Virus record (IMG/VR): IMGVR_UViG_3300013131_000036
Coordinates: 14,720 to 78,719 of that record
Strand: one strand, 5' to 3'
Source of the DNA: a virus
DNA length: 64,000 bases
This document shows, one piece after another, positions 38,693 to 48,521 of the stretch. The first letter of the stretch is position 1; each line of letters starts with the position of its first letter. A program made the position numbers and the translations under genes. The notes under the pieces were generated by a model. It was not told the origin of the DNA. It saw only the letters and a list, made by a program, of their open reading frames with translations, and did no database searches.

Positions 38693-38719
38693 ATCTTAAC
38701 ATGCAAGTTTATATGTCAA
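38693..38719 (-). promoter_or_regulatory. Sigma70-like promoter of gp32 (TTGACA-N15-TAAGAT, extended -10)
   Basis: Minus strand reads TTGACA tataaacttgcatgt TAAGAT aaattc ATG. Confidence 0.55.
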
Positions 38720-39345
38720 CCAAGAATCTTTTTATTTAAAATACTTTTTACCAACATTCTTCCGTGTTTGCTACTGGCAAATTTTATATTATATAATTCA
38801 TAATTCTCATAAATGTCTGGTACTATGAATCTTAGGAGATTGGAATCAAAACTGAAAAATGCCTTATGAAAACCATCCAAACCCAAAAGAAAATAAACTG
38901 AAACCTTTTTGTTTTTCAAATGTGTTATAAAAGAAGGAACTTTGTCTTTTTTGTATTCAAGATATTCTGAAAAGTTTATGCCGTTTTCTTTCAAAAATTT
39001 CTTGATGAAACTGGCAGAATTTTTTATTTTGACAAGATTACGGGAATTGTCCGGACCCAGCATGAGCAATTGTTTTTCAAAATCACTGTAACTTTTCACT
39101 GCTTTTCTGGAAAGATAATAATCAAAAGCAAAATATTTTGTGTCAGGATACAGAAAATAAGGAGCTTCAAAAAAATCGTTGATGTCAATGTCGTAAGAAT
39201 CAAAAAACAATTTTATTCGTTCAACCTTGTTTTTGACTTCCTGGGGTAACGTATCGTAGTTTTTACGGGCCCGGTAAGGAGCGGAATTGGCAGTGCGATA
39301 TGCTCGAATGAACGAGTTGTAAATGTCCAGCAAATCGTTTTTCAC
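38716..39345 (-). CDS. Hypothetical protein (position compatible with a helicase loader)
   Basis: 209-aa ORF between gp32 and the helicase region; no firm motif. Confidence 0.45.
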   Translation of the reverse strand: MKNDLLDIYNSFIRAYRTANSAPYRARKNYDTLPQEVKNKVERIKLFFDSYDIDINDFFEAPYFLYPDTKYFAFDYYLSRKAVKSYSDFEKQLLMLGPDNSRNLVKIKNSASFIKKFLKENGINFSEYLEYKKDKVPSFITHLKNKKVSVYFLLGLDGFHKAFFSFDSNLLRFIVPDIYENYELYNIKFASSKHGRMLVKSILNKKILG

Positions 39346-39614
39346 GAAAGCTTCAGCTTTTTATTCTTATTTAAAAACTTGGTTATGTATTTTGATTTAT
39401 GGAGGTTGGGATCAAAATTAATAAAAATCTTCACACACTCATGATCAGTTTCCACATGCAACAATTGCTTGAACAATGTTCTGTAGTTTTTATTTTTTAA
39501 AAAAGCTATGAAAACATTTGGAAGATTCAGCTTCTTTTCTGCCAAAATACACATGAGACTGCAGAAACAAAGAAAGTAATATTCTGTTTCTTTGTCTATG
39601 ATGGTCTTTTCCAT
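39342..39614 (-). CDS. Hypothetical protein
   Basis: Likely start MEKTIIDK at 39614, directly after the DHH gene stop. Confidence 0.5.
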   Translation of the reverse strand: MEKTIIDKETEYYFLCFCSLMCILAEKKLNLPNVFIAFLKNKNYRTLFKQLLHVETDHECVKIFINFDPNLHKSKYITKFLNKNKKLKLS

Positions 39615-39615
39615 A

Positions 39616-40467
39616 TCAAATCTTATTGAACCGACTGGATAATTCAACAAATTTTTCGGTAACTTTTCCTGCTGCAAAGTTTTTATATCCATGTCCATCC
39701 AAAAATATTTTGGCAAAAACACCGCAATTAAAGTTTGATTCTTTATTTCTGTTGATTCGAACACAGACAGAAAGGTTGTTTTTGTTTATGCTCACGGCCG
39801 CATGGGTATCATATTTTTTGCAAAATTCTGCACAAATCTCATTTATTGCAAAATCAGCATAAAAAATTATTATATTAAAATTTTTTGTTTTGAGCAGGTG
39901 AGGTTCTGCGTTCTTCATGGCTTGCAGCATTTTATCCAGATAAAGACGCACCATGTTCTTTTCTTCGTTTGTGAATTCCCGGTCACCCCCTTCAAATGCA
40001 GAAATAAACTTTTCCAGTTTGTTTCCAGTATAAGACCAAAAGACCATGTTTAAAAACAATGATTTTTTGTGCAAAAGATTATAACTGTCATAATCATTGA
40101 TATATTCCAAAAGCTTTTTTTGGTTGTCATTTAATTGTGGTTTGAGACTATCTGCAAAAAGTTTGGTACAAGAAGGTTCCTGTTTGGTTATGATTTTACA
40201 ATTTTTACCGGAAACATTTTCCAGTAACTCATGGTGATGTATGAACAATGCATTGGATCGATCCGCCAAATCAATATGCTTTTGATCAAAAGCCATGTCA
40301 CAAACAACAAGGGGAATTCTTGGGTCGCTATTTTTTATATCTTCGGAAAGATTCTCTTCGTTTGTTGGAACAATATCATATTCCTGATTGGGCGAGGACC
40401 ATTTGGCTACCAGGCAGCAACCGGCCCCGTCTAGATCAAAATCACAAAGTATGCGGGTCTTTTTCAT
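39616..40467 (-). CDS. DHH/DHHA1-family phosphoesterase-like protein
   Basis: D.DLDGAGC, VCDM, IHHH (in the DHH position), SCT, INDYD, GHG...AAG. Confidence 0.7.
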   Translation of the reverse strand: MKKTRILCDFDLDGAGCCLVAKWSSPNQEYDIVPTNEENLSEDIKNSDPRIPLVVCDMAFDQKHIDLADRSNALFIHHHELLENVSGKNCKIITKQEPSCTKLFADSLKPQLNDNQKKLLEYINDYDSYNLLHKKSLFLNMVFWSYTGNKLEKFISAFEGGDREFTNEEKNMVRLYLDKMLQAMKNAEPHLLKTKNFNIIIFYADFAINEICAEFCKKYDTHAAVSINKNNLSVCVRINRNKESNFNCGVFAKIFLDGHGYKNFAAGKVTEKFVELSSRFNKI

Positions 40468-41828
40468 TCCATAAGATCGTTAAGACTGTTTTCTGTGCTG
40501 GAAACGGCATCTGTGGAATCTGTTTTCACTTCTTCCCGGATTTGCATGGTGGAATAATCTATCGCAAAAGAAGCAGTTCCAAAAACCGGACCCTGTCGGT
40601 TCTTTTGAATTCCTATGTTGATTCTTCCCAGTTCTTCATCCTCTTTTTCCCGCCAAATGCTGAACATACAATCTGCTGTCATGGCCAATCCCATACTTTC
40701 ACTGGTGGTTTCTAATCCGGGATTGCTTTGATTAAAGGCATTTCGGTTCAATTGAGTGGCGGTAATGACCGGAACATTGAACACGTAACTGACAGAACGC
40801 AGCTGTTCTGTTATGTGTTTGATTCTTTCATAGGAATTGTTTCCAAATGATGTTGTGAAAAGATTCACATAATCCACAACAATCACGTCTGGTTTGATTC
40901 CAGTCTGGACCAGTTTCTTCACATAACCAATAAGATTTCCGATAGTGATTGTGCTGGGGGGAAATTCCTTGATGATCAGTTTAGCCTTGGGATTTTCCCG
41001 CACATATTTGGATATGGCATCCCTTAAATCGTCCAATTTGTGTCTGAGCGAAAAAATTGGGATATTGGAGAAATTACCGCAAAGACGTTTGGCATACATG
41101 ATTTCACTCATTTCCAGACTGACCAACAAAACTGTTTTTCCCTGAGAACATATGTTGCTGGCCAGATTACCCAGAACAATACTTTTACCCACATTGGTTT
41201 GACCGCTGAAAACATACAATGCTTTTCCTTCTTGTAGGAATCCACCCCCAAGTTTTTCATCTATCCACTTGTATCCGCTGGAAATGTAATTTTCCACCTT
41301 GTTCAATTCAGTGGCCACCTTTTCAATGTGATTGAAATATTCCAATCCCAGGTCGTTGGTAAGACTGATGCTGCATGCTTCCTGTGTTTTTTCCAACAAT
41401 TCGGATGCATCAATATTGTTCTTTTCGCTCATTTCAAGTGCCTGCATCATCACGTTGAAAATTGCTTTTTCTCTTAAAAATATCTCAGTGTTTTGAAAAA
41501 GCTCCTTTTCATTCAGGTTTTTGTCCAGTTTTGAAATTTCTTCCACAACATTTTTGAAAGAAATCTTAAGTTTATCATTTACCAGATAGTTTTTTATCTC
41601 TGTTACAGTCGGAGGTGCATTGTGTTTTTCATGAAAATCCGTGATGATTTGCACAATATTCCGGATGTTTTCATTTTTAAAATACTCCGGTTTCAAATAT
41701 TGGGAAACTGTTCCCAGATATGAAGCGTCGGCCAGACACTTATAAATGATAAGTGGCTCGAATGTGTCCGCGTCGATTTTGTTTACTTTGACCATTTTTG
41801 CAGAAACCATTGTTGACCTTTTTGCCAA
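40464..41828 (-). CDS. gp41: Replicative DnaB-like helicase (T4 gp41)
   Basis: GQTNVGKS, SLEMSE, IKEFP, VVDYVNL, TATQLNR, SES.GL..TAD, KNRQG. Exact start uncertain. Confidence 0.95.
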   Translation of the reverse strand: MAKRSTMVSAKMVKVNKIDADTFEPLIIYKCLADASYLGTVSQYLKPEYFKNENIRNIVQIITDFHEKHNAPPTVTEIKNYLVNDKLKISFKNVVEEISKLDKNLNEKELFQNTEIFLREKAIFNVMMQALEMSEKNNIDASELLEKTQEACSISLTNDLGLEYFNHIEKVATELNKVENYISSGYKWIDEKLGGGFLQEGKALYVFSGQTNVGKSIVLGNLASNICSQGKTVLLVSLEMSEIMYAKRLCGNFSNIPIFSLRHKLDDLRDAISKYVRENPKAKLIIKEFPPSTITIGNLIGYVKKLVQTGIKPDVIVVDYVNLFTTSFGNNSYERIKHITEQLRSVSYVFNVPVITATQLNRNAFNQSNPGLETTSESMGLAMTADCMFSIWREKEDEELGRINIGIQKNRQGPVFGTASFAIDYSTMQIREEVKTDSTDAVSSTENSLNDLME

Positions 41829-42490
41829 ACCTGATCCTCATAACTGCGAAGACCCGGACTTGCATGCAAAACCCATATGGGCCACACACCTATTTTATAA
41901 TTGTATTTTTTTGCTTCAAGACAGGTATCAATATCCGTGAAGTGGGTGTGACAAGGATTGGTTTCATCAAACCGGAAGTTGCTGTTTATCCTGAAAAGCT
42001 TGGTGCGAAATGCCATGAAAAGGTTGTCGATAAGATCCACCTCACAGGGAGTCACTCCAAAACTGGTCATGAAGATGCTGTTGTTGTCGTGAGGATGTGC
42101 AACTGCTCCCCGCAAATTGGATCGATCACACATCAAATGCCAAAGAACCGGGGCCCGGATAACCGGACTTATTCCCCCGGCCAAACCAATAATGTCATAT
42201 CCTGCTTCATTGCTGGCTTTGGTAAGCTTATGCACGATCCGAAGATCGTCTATGTAAACGTCATCATGAATGAAACATATGATATCATGGCTATCCATAT
42301 ATTTTTGGACGGCCCGATTGTAAACAACACACAGTTTTTCTGTGTTGTTTTCTATGATTTCGTATTCTGCCCCGGGAACCTTGGTGATGCTTTTTAGAAA
42401 CGATGTGCCGTCTTTGCTTCCACGGGTGGCACTAATGAAAATGATCTTTTCATTCTTCTGTTGCTGTGGCTGCGTATTTGTAGGCGACAT
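41783..42490 (-). CDS. Glycosyltransferase, GT-A fold (GT2-like)
   Basis: YN.A, FIHDDV, IIGLAG, IDNLFMA, FDE, HFTDID.CL, H.SPG. Confidence 0.75.
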   Translation of the reverse strand: MSPTNTQPQQQKNEKIIFISATRGSKDGTSFLKSITKVPGAEYEIIENNTEKLCVVYNRAVQKYMDSHDIICFIHDDVYIDDLRIVHKLTKASNEAGYDIIGLAGGISPVIRAPVLWHLMCDRSNLRGAVAHPHDNNSIFMTSFGVTPCEVDLIDNLFMAFRTKLFRINSNFRFDETNPCHTHFTDIDTCLEAKKYNYKIGVWPIWVLHASPGLRSYEDQVWQKGQQWFLQKWSK

Positions 42491-43517
42491 TTAATTTCTC
42501 CTGAAGAGTAGGTATAACATACTCTTCCCAAAAAGAAACATCATTTTTAAAATTTTTTCCATAACCCAGTTTTGTTCCGTCCGGTTTTGTATAAGTAGGT
42601 CCATTTTGAATAATAACTCCATGGTTTACTGCCATTTCAAGAAGACCGCTATATTTGTCCAGACCTGTTTTATAATTTAAATAGATTGGAACCTCCAAAA
42701 ACGGGGGAACAAAACGATTTTTCGTGGTCATGGCCCTAAGAGTCACTCCAGAATATTGTTTGGCTTCCGGAAGAATCTTGTCATCCTCGTTTTTGTCGTC
42801 TTGTTTCTCGTTTCGGCGGGCCAACTGCACAATCACACTGCTCATGTACAATGGACCACTACCCCCGCTTTGGTTTTTCACCAAGCTGGGATACATGCTG
42901 GCAGGATCAGCATAGGTATGGTTACTGCAAAGAATGGTGACTCCTGCTTTTGCAGCCTTGTAGGTCAGAATACGCAGCATGCTCTTCAAACTTTTGGCTC
43001 GAAGACCCATGTCCGCCGCACTCTTGTCTTTTTCAACGTCAGCAACTTCCTTGCTACCGGCTAGATTGCCCAGACTATCAATACTGATAATGAATTTGCC
43101 TTGAGCTTTCTTTTCAATCACATTGTCCAGGAACTTGCTGATTTGATTCTTGCATTCATCTACCGTGTAGATCGGACAATACTTTGTCTTCTCTGGATCC
43201 AACCCCACGCTTTTACCACTTTCCGCGTCCACACTCATTTCACTGTCAAAAATGACAGGATACAATCCTTGCTTTTGCGCAATACCAAGGATTTTGTTGA
43301 TAAGAAGTGTTTTTCCGGTTTGTGATTCGCCGGTAAAAACAATGATTCTGCCTTTGGGCACTCCACCTTCCCGCAGTTTCCCGCTGATGATGGAATTCAG
43401 GGCATAACAACCTGTGTCATACCATGTATCAACATTGCTAAGAGTGTTGTCCGACAGATAAGCAGCTTCTGGATTAATATCATCCAGACAACCTAGGATT
43501 TTATCCAGATCGCTCAT
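42450..43517 (-). CDS. uvsX: RecA-like recombinase UvsX
   Basis: DTGCYALN.IISG, GESQTGKT, FDSE, IDSLGNL, DMG.RAK, NHTY, SGG.G..Y, KNRF. Confidence 0.95.
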   Translation of the reverse strand: MSDLDKILGCLDDINPEAAYLSDNTLSNVDTWYDTGCYALNSIISGKLREGGVPKGRIIVFTGESQTGKTLLINKILGIAQKQGLYPVIFDSEMSVDAESGKSVGLDPEKTKYCPIYTVDECKNQISKFLDNVIEKKAQGKFIISIDSLGNLAGSKEVADVEKDKSAADMGLRAKSLKSMLRILTYKAAKAGVTILCSNHTYADPASMYPSLVKNQSGGSGPLYMSSVIVQLARRNEKQDDKNEDDKILPEAKQYSGVTLRAMTTKNRFVPPFLEVPIYLNYKTGLDKYSGLLEMAVNHGVIIQNGPTYTKPDGTKLGYGKNFKNDVSFWEEYVIPTLQEKLNVAYKYAATATEE

Positions 43518-43864
43518 CAGTCTTCGAATAAACGAACAACTTCGGGGTTAGAGGCAGGTGCCGGAGCAGTTGTAAAAATACGGCTGTACTGCTCAATGAT
43601 CCTTTCCTCAAGCTTGATATCCGTGGTCAGAACCAGCTTGTCCTTGGGGAAAAGCCAGGTACCAACCGTTTCACGAACCGAAGGGCTGATAAATTCCTTG
43701 AAAAACAAAGGAACTGTCTGGATACTGAGTTGTCCAGTAGCCTGGTTCGGTTGGACCAGAAGGATGGCGGGATTCTTCACCTTTAGGTTTCCGTTCTCCT
43801 CGCCAAGAACTTCACCAATGATTGTACGTCCGACATGATCTACGAATGGTTGAATTGAATTCAT
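43517..43864 (-). CDS. Hypothetical protein upstream of uvsX
   Basis: Likely start MNSIQPF; stop abuts the uvsX start. Confidence 0.6.
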   Translation of the reverse strand: MNSIQPFVDHVGRTIIGEVLGEENGNLKVKNPAILLVQPNQATGQLSIQTVPLFFKEFISPSVRETVGTWLFPKDKLVLTTDIKLEERIIEQYSRIFTTAPAPASNPEVVRLFED

Positions 43865-43914
43865 ACGAGCATTTAACCACACGATTTAAAAAAGCAACAA
43901 TAATAAATAATATT

Positions 43915-44709
43915 ATGCATCAAGAGTCTCACAAAATATTCGAGGCGTATGTTCTTGCAAAACGTCTTGAAGATAAACAACTTAACGAAGGTATTATGGA
44001 TTTCTTGGGTGGATTGAAAGTAAGGCGCGAAGACAAAATGCGTTACAACACATATAAAGATATGTGGACAAGATTCTGGTATCCTCGTTTTGCAAAGAAA
44101 GGGGACATCAAAACAAACAAAGAGAAAGCCATAGATACGTTTGACAAGTTTCTGAATAGCCGTCGTTGGGCCGATGAAAACATGGAAGTCAACAAAGACG
44201 AAGCTCTAGAATATTTTAGCAAAAATCACGGCAGCATGGATTTTGACAATCTTCAAAAAGGTGCGATTGAAACACTTCTTTATGGTCAGACTTCAACCAG
44301 CACACCCGCCAAAACAACAGAACCCGCAAAGGAAACAGCACCTGAAACAAAAACAGCTGAACCCGCCGCTGATGCCGGAAAGGTTGTGGATCAAGCCGCA
44401 TCCTCTCCAACTGTTGCAGCTACTATGAGTAAAAGTGAAAGAGATAATTTATCTCCTGATGATAGAGCTGAAATAGACAAAAAAACATTCGCTAGACCTG
44501 AAACAGTTGCACCCACACCTGCTCCGGTTGCATCCCCGGCAGAAACTCCCGCTGAACCAGAAGAAGATGCTTACAAGCTAAAAGCAGAAGTGACTCGTTT
44601 GAAAAACCTGAATCAAGCCTGGATTGGGGCCATCAAGAAAAAGTTTGGTCGGAATGTGAGAAAGCCCAGTGATCTTGTTGGTAAAAAATCAGTCGTCAGA
44701 AAAAAGTAA
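43915..44709 (+). CDS. Late protein with an Ala/Pro/Glu-rich linker, probably capsid-internal
   Basis: AATAAATA 5 nt before ATG 43915 (MHQESHKIFEAY...QLNE). Opposite strand to the surrounding replication genes. Confidence 0.6.
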   Translation: MHQESHKIFEAYVLAKRLEDKQLNEGIMDFLGGLKVRREDKMRYNTYKDMWTRFWYPRFAKKGDIKTNKEKAIDTFDKFLNSRRWADENMEVNKDEALEYFSKNHGSMDFDNLQKGAIETLLYGQTSTSTPAKTTEPAKETAPETKTAEPAADAGKVVDQAASSPTVAATMSKSERDNLSPDDRAEIDKKTFARPETVAPTPAPVASPAETPAEPEEDAYKLKAEVTRLKNLNQAWIGAIKKKFGRNVRKPSDLVGKKSVVRKK

Positions 44710-47274
44710 TTCCAAATTGGCATAATTCATCTGGCTTGGTTCCCGGATTTGCCATCCTACTGGTTCGAATAGTTTGCGCATGGTTTCCGATACAAGTTTT
44801 TCAAACTGCTTTTCTTTGTCCATAGGGAAAATATCCTTGAATTCCTCGGGCAAACGATTTTTAAACGCCATCACTGTCAAAGCATATTTGTTTGGTTGCT
44901 GCACATAGTAATATTGAATCTTGTCGCCACTGTTTATTTTTTCATATTTCTTGTCCAGCTTCATGGTTTTGATGAAATAATTGTAATAATACGCGGCTTT
45001 CACATGCACAGGCATTCCTTTTATGGTTGTCAGTTCGTTGCAGGAGTCCGCATATTTTTCGTAATTTTTAATTCCCACCACAAATGAAAGCTCGTTTTCC
45101 GGTTTGGTTTGAAATTCTTCATAGATTTTGTCCATGATGATGTTTGTCTGGGAAGGATCCCGGGTTTTCAGCATGGTTTCAATGATTTTTTTGTTGAAAA
45201 CTTTAACTTCTTTTGTCATGGTGCTGCGAACAACCTCAATTCCTGTATACTTGGTTTTGTCACAAGGAACACCTTCTTCGTCTATGACATGAAGCACATT
45301 GCGTTTCTTTTGAATAAAAATACCCACATCACAAATGCTTTCCCGTTTGAATTCCAGGGTGGGCTTGTTGCTGTTTAGTTCTTTCTTGGCCCAATCACAT
45401 ATCTTTTCATTTATATATTTTTCCAGGTTTTCGATCAATTTTTCAGCTTCGGAAGACAATGTTTTGTCTTTTTTCAATAATTTTATATTATTTTTTTCAA
45501 TCAACGGCTGAATGGAGATGTAAACAGAATCTGTGTCATTATAAATGGTGGGTGGATTTGTTTTTAATGTTTCCCGGTCAATTCCAGCTTCCACAAAGAA
45601 ATTTTCAATAATCTCGTTTGCATGTTTGATCACGGTCTGACCTGTAAGAGTGATGCTTCGGGCAATGTCCCGGTCACTAAGAAAGAAGAAATTGTTGGCA
45701 AATGCCCCATAGATACTGTTCATGAGTATTTTAAGCGCATACTGTTTGTTGTTGAGCACAGATTCCCGGTTCTTTTTTTGTTTGTATTCGGGTGAATCCT
45801 TGGAAAGAGAAAGCAGTTCTCGTTTGATTTTCTTAAGTTCCCGCTTGATATCCACCCGTTTTTTATAATTTTCTGCAACAATTTGAGGAACCAGACCCTC
45901 TTCTTTTTGGTAAAACAATGTTCCTATTTTTGTGCGGGACAGATTTTCCTTCTCGATAAAGATATTCAGCTTTTCCTCTGTTAGTCGGTATTTCTTTCCG
46001 CTGGCATGCGTTAAGGTATAGGTACCATCATCATTTTGACCATCAATGGTTCCCACTTTGGTTTCCGGAGACATGTTGCAGGTGCGAATCAGATTGGGAT
46101 ACAATGAATTGGCATCAAAACTAATGACAGCCTCATGAAATCCCCGTTGTGGTTCGCTGACAAACCCCCCTTCAATTGTCACCCCGTCATCTTCTTTGTG
46201 AGGAAACGTGGGTATGATCTTGTTGTTTTTCTTGGCTTGAATGGCCACGGCACCTGCCACAATGCTGATTGTGCTCATGGCAGTTTCCAAATTGGTCAAA
46301 CCCACATGTGAAAGAGAACGCAAGATGCTCAGATAACTGAGTTTTTCTTCCAGCTTAACAAGCAGATTAACGTCCTGAATGTTATATTCTACAAATTGCT
46401 TCCAGTTCTTGTCGGCCAGCGACGAAAGATTGCTTTCCTCATATTCAACTTTTGTTTCTCCCAGTTCCAAAGCACCGATGGATCCGAGCGAATAGCTCTC
46501 CCGCTGGATCGGACAGAACTTTTTGTAAACGTTCATATAATCCAGATTGGCAATTCCTTCAATATAAAACTTCTCTGCTTTTCTTCCGAATTTGGTGAAT
46601 ATCTCTTTGCCAATAAGGTTTCGATAAGGACTCAATCTTTTGGAATCGTCCTCGCTTAATACCCGGCTGATCCGGTTAACAAGATATGGAATATCAAAAA
46701 GTTCTCCGTTCCAGGTTGCAACAATATCCGGATAATCTTTTTCAAAGAATTCCAGGAAGCTTCCAAGCAAAACAACTTCATCTTTGCAGTAATGATACAC
46801 AACATTGTCGTGAGAATCGTATGGATGCAGCCCAAAACTATGAAATGTCTGAGTCAAACTATCATAAATGGTGATCATGTTGACCGGAGCTTTGGCCAAA
46901 TTAGGTTCTGGAAACTCATCCGGACTGTATGTTTCAATATCCAGATAAAATATCTTTAACGGATGTTTAACAAAGTCTGGATTTTCTATCTCACTTGAAA
47001 ATTCGTCGATCAGAAATTGCTGCGAACACGTGAAATTATGAAATATTCGGTTGTTCTCATCCTTTTCTGTAAACAATCGTCGTTCTTTGGATGAATTGAA
47101 AGTCTTTTTCTTTAATTTTGTATTATATAATGATGTTTCGTCGTTTTGGCCGTTGGTTTCAACATACAGATACGGATAATAAGTGCGACTGACTGTGATT
47201 CTTTGCCCCGTTTCAGACCATGTGGCCAAACGGATGGCGTGATTTAACGGATCATATGTGGCATGTCTGTACAC
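44689..47274 (-). CDS. gp43: Family B DNA polymerase (T4 gp43)
   Basis: LDIET, WN...FDIPY, YNIQDV, FDANSLYP, K..MNS.YG, YNDTDS, KKR. Confidence 0.97.
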   Translation of the reverse strand: MYRHATYDPLNHAIRLATWSETGQRITVSRTYYPYLYVETNGQNDETSLYNTKLKKKTFNSSKERRLFTEKDENNRIFHNFTCSQQFLIDEFSSEIENPDFVKHPLKIFYLDIETYSPDEFPEPNLAKAPVNMITIYDSLTQTFHSFGLHPYDSHDNVVYHYCKDEVVLLGSFLEFFEKDYPDIVATWNGELFDIPYLVNRISRVLSEDDSKRLSPYRNLIGKEIFTKFGRKAEKFYIEGIANLDYMNVYKKFCPIQRESYSLGSIGALELGETKVEYEESNLSSLADKNWKQFVEYNIQDVNLLVKLEEKLSYLSILRSLSHVGLTNLETAMSTISIVAGAVAIQAKKNNKIIPTFPHKEDDGVTIEGGFVSEPQRGFHEAVISFDANSLYPNLIRTCNMSPETKVGTIDGQNDDGTYTLTHASGKKYRLTEEKLNIFIEKENLSRTKIGTLFYQKEEGLVPQIVAENYKKRVDIKRELKKIKRELLSLSKDSPEYKQKKNRESVLNNKQYALKILMNSIYGAFANNFFFLSDRDIARSITLTGQTVIKHANEIIENFFVEAGIDRETLKTNPPTIYNDTDSVYISIQPLIEKNNIKLLKKDKTLSSEAEKLIENLEKYINEKICDWAKKELNSNKPTLEFKRESICDVGIFIQKKRNVLHVIDEEGVPCDKTKYTGIEVVRSTMTKEVKVFNKKIIETMLKTRDPSQTNIIMDKIYEEFQTKPENELSFVVGIKNYEKYADSCNELTTIKGMPVHVKAAYYYNYFIKTMKLDKKYEKINSGDKIQYYYVQQPNKYALTVMAFKNRLPEEFKDIFPMDKEKQFEKLVSETMRKLFEPVGWQIREPSQMNYANLELLFSDD

Positions 47275-47279
47275 GCCGA

Positions 47280-48500
47280 CTAGGTTAAACCATTGTACTT
47301 GTTTAGCAACACCCTTCTTTCGTCACCATAAGGATATTTGTACAATTCCACGTATTTGTTGATATTATCATCATTTTCCAGCCACCGGGTTTCAGCATAT
47401 GCCCGGGCCCGTTCACAATGTGTCATGTATTTTGATTTTTTGCTTAAAACCTGTTCAATTGTTTTAATCATTTCATCTCCGGTATCAAATTTGAAAGGCG
47501 CATCTTCATAAGTGCAAAGATTTTGACAAGCAATTGGTAAACCATAACAACAAGCCTCAATATATTTCAAATCACTTTTGCTTTTATTGAAATTATTGTT
47601 TTGCAGAGGGGCAATCATCATATTGATTTTCATGTCATTTATTTTGCCCGGATAGTTGTATAGCTCGGCCCACGGATGATATTCAAAAATACCCCGTTCA
47701 ACCAGGGGTCGGAACATCATGGGAAACGCTCCAAAGAAAACCCACTGATATTTGTCTTTGGTGTCAGCAATTGCCTGCAGAACATGTGCAAAATCATCAT
47801 TTTGACCTACCCGGTTCTCCACATCAAAATGTGCGCCACTTCCTGCATAAAGAATACGAGGTTTCTTTTGAAAAGCATCATAGTTTTCACTGGTACGCTT
47901 CAGATTATAGTAATTGCCCATCCAAAACTTGGGAGGATAGTTGGGAATGATGGTAATGTTCTTGTGTCCGGTCTTTTCCGCATAATAATCCTTCATGAAT
48001 TTGCATGTCACGGTGATTTCATCACACTCATTCATGATGGCTTGAGCTTGTTTGCGGATATTTGGATCAATGAAAGCGGTTTTAAACTTGTTATAGTCTG
48101 GGATATCCTCGTGAAACACAAGATCATCAATTTCATACATGAGACGAAAGCCCTGTTGCTGGCCCAGTTGTTTTAGAAACTGTACAAATTTAAGCTGATG
48201 TTCGGTTGCTTGGCGTTGCACACGAACTGCTTTGGTATGAATGTAATAACGAGGATCAAGGCACATGACGGTCGTGCTGTGCATGGTCATTTTGTTGTGG
48301 GCATTTAGGATCATTTCGGGCCAGATCAAACGCCAATGACCACAACCACTGTAGTCTGCAAGATAGTTGATGCCCCGGTCCGGAATATTGTCCGGTTGAG
48401 CAGGAGTGGGAGTAAGCTGCCGAGGAACTGCTTTGTTGGTGTATTGACTTGCTGCCTGAAGCAAAGGATTGGATACGTAGGGATTGCCCGGTGTAAACAT
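47280..48500 (-). CDS. Glycosyltransferase, GT-B fold (GT4-like)
   Basis: ADYSGCGHWR..WP, YEIDD, IAPL..N.FN..KSDLK.IE. Confidence 0.75.
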   Translation of the reverse strand: MFTPGNPYVSNPLLQAASQYTNKAVPRQLTPTPAQPDNIPDRGINYLADYSGCGHWRLIWPEMILNAHNKMTMHSTTVMCLDPRYYIHTKAVRVQRQATEHQLKFVQFLKQLGQQQGFRLMYEIDDLVFHEDIPDYNKFKTAFIDPNIRKQAQAIMNECDEITVTCKFMKDYYAEKTGHKNITIIPNYPPKFWMGNYYNLKRTSENYDAFQKKPRILYAGSGAHFDVENRVGQNDDFAHVLQAIADTKDKYQWVFFGAFPMMFRPLVERGIFEYHPWAELYNYPGKINDMKINMMIAPLQNNNFNKSKSDLKYIEACCYGLPIACQNLCTYEDAPFKFDTGDEMIKTIEQVLSKKSKYMTHCERARAYAETRWLENDDNINKYVELYKYPYGDERRVLLNKYNGLT

Positions 48501-48521
48501 AAATTTAATTAATATATATTT

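Noticed and set aside
38716-39345. gp59 helicase loader assignment
   Set aside because: Size and position fit, but I recognised no diagnostic motif, so it is left as hypothetical.
42440-42490. Possible frameshift at the start of the GT2-like gene (the ATGA overlap with the uvsX stop is one base out of frame from KIIFIS)
   Set aside because: An in-frame ATG exists at 42490. I cannot distinguish a real 41-nt overlap from a homopolymer error without reads.
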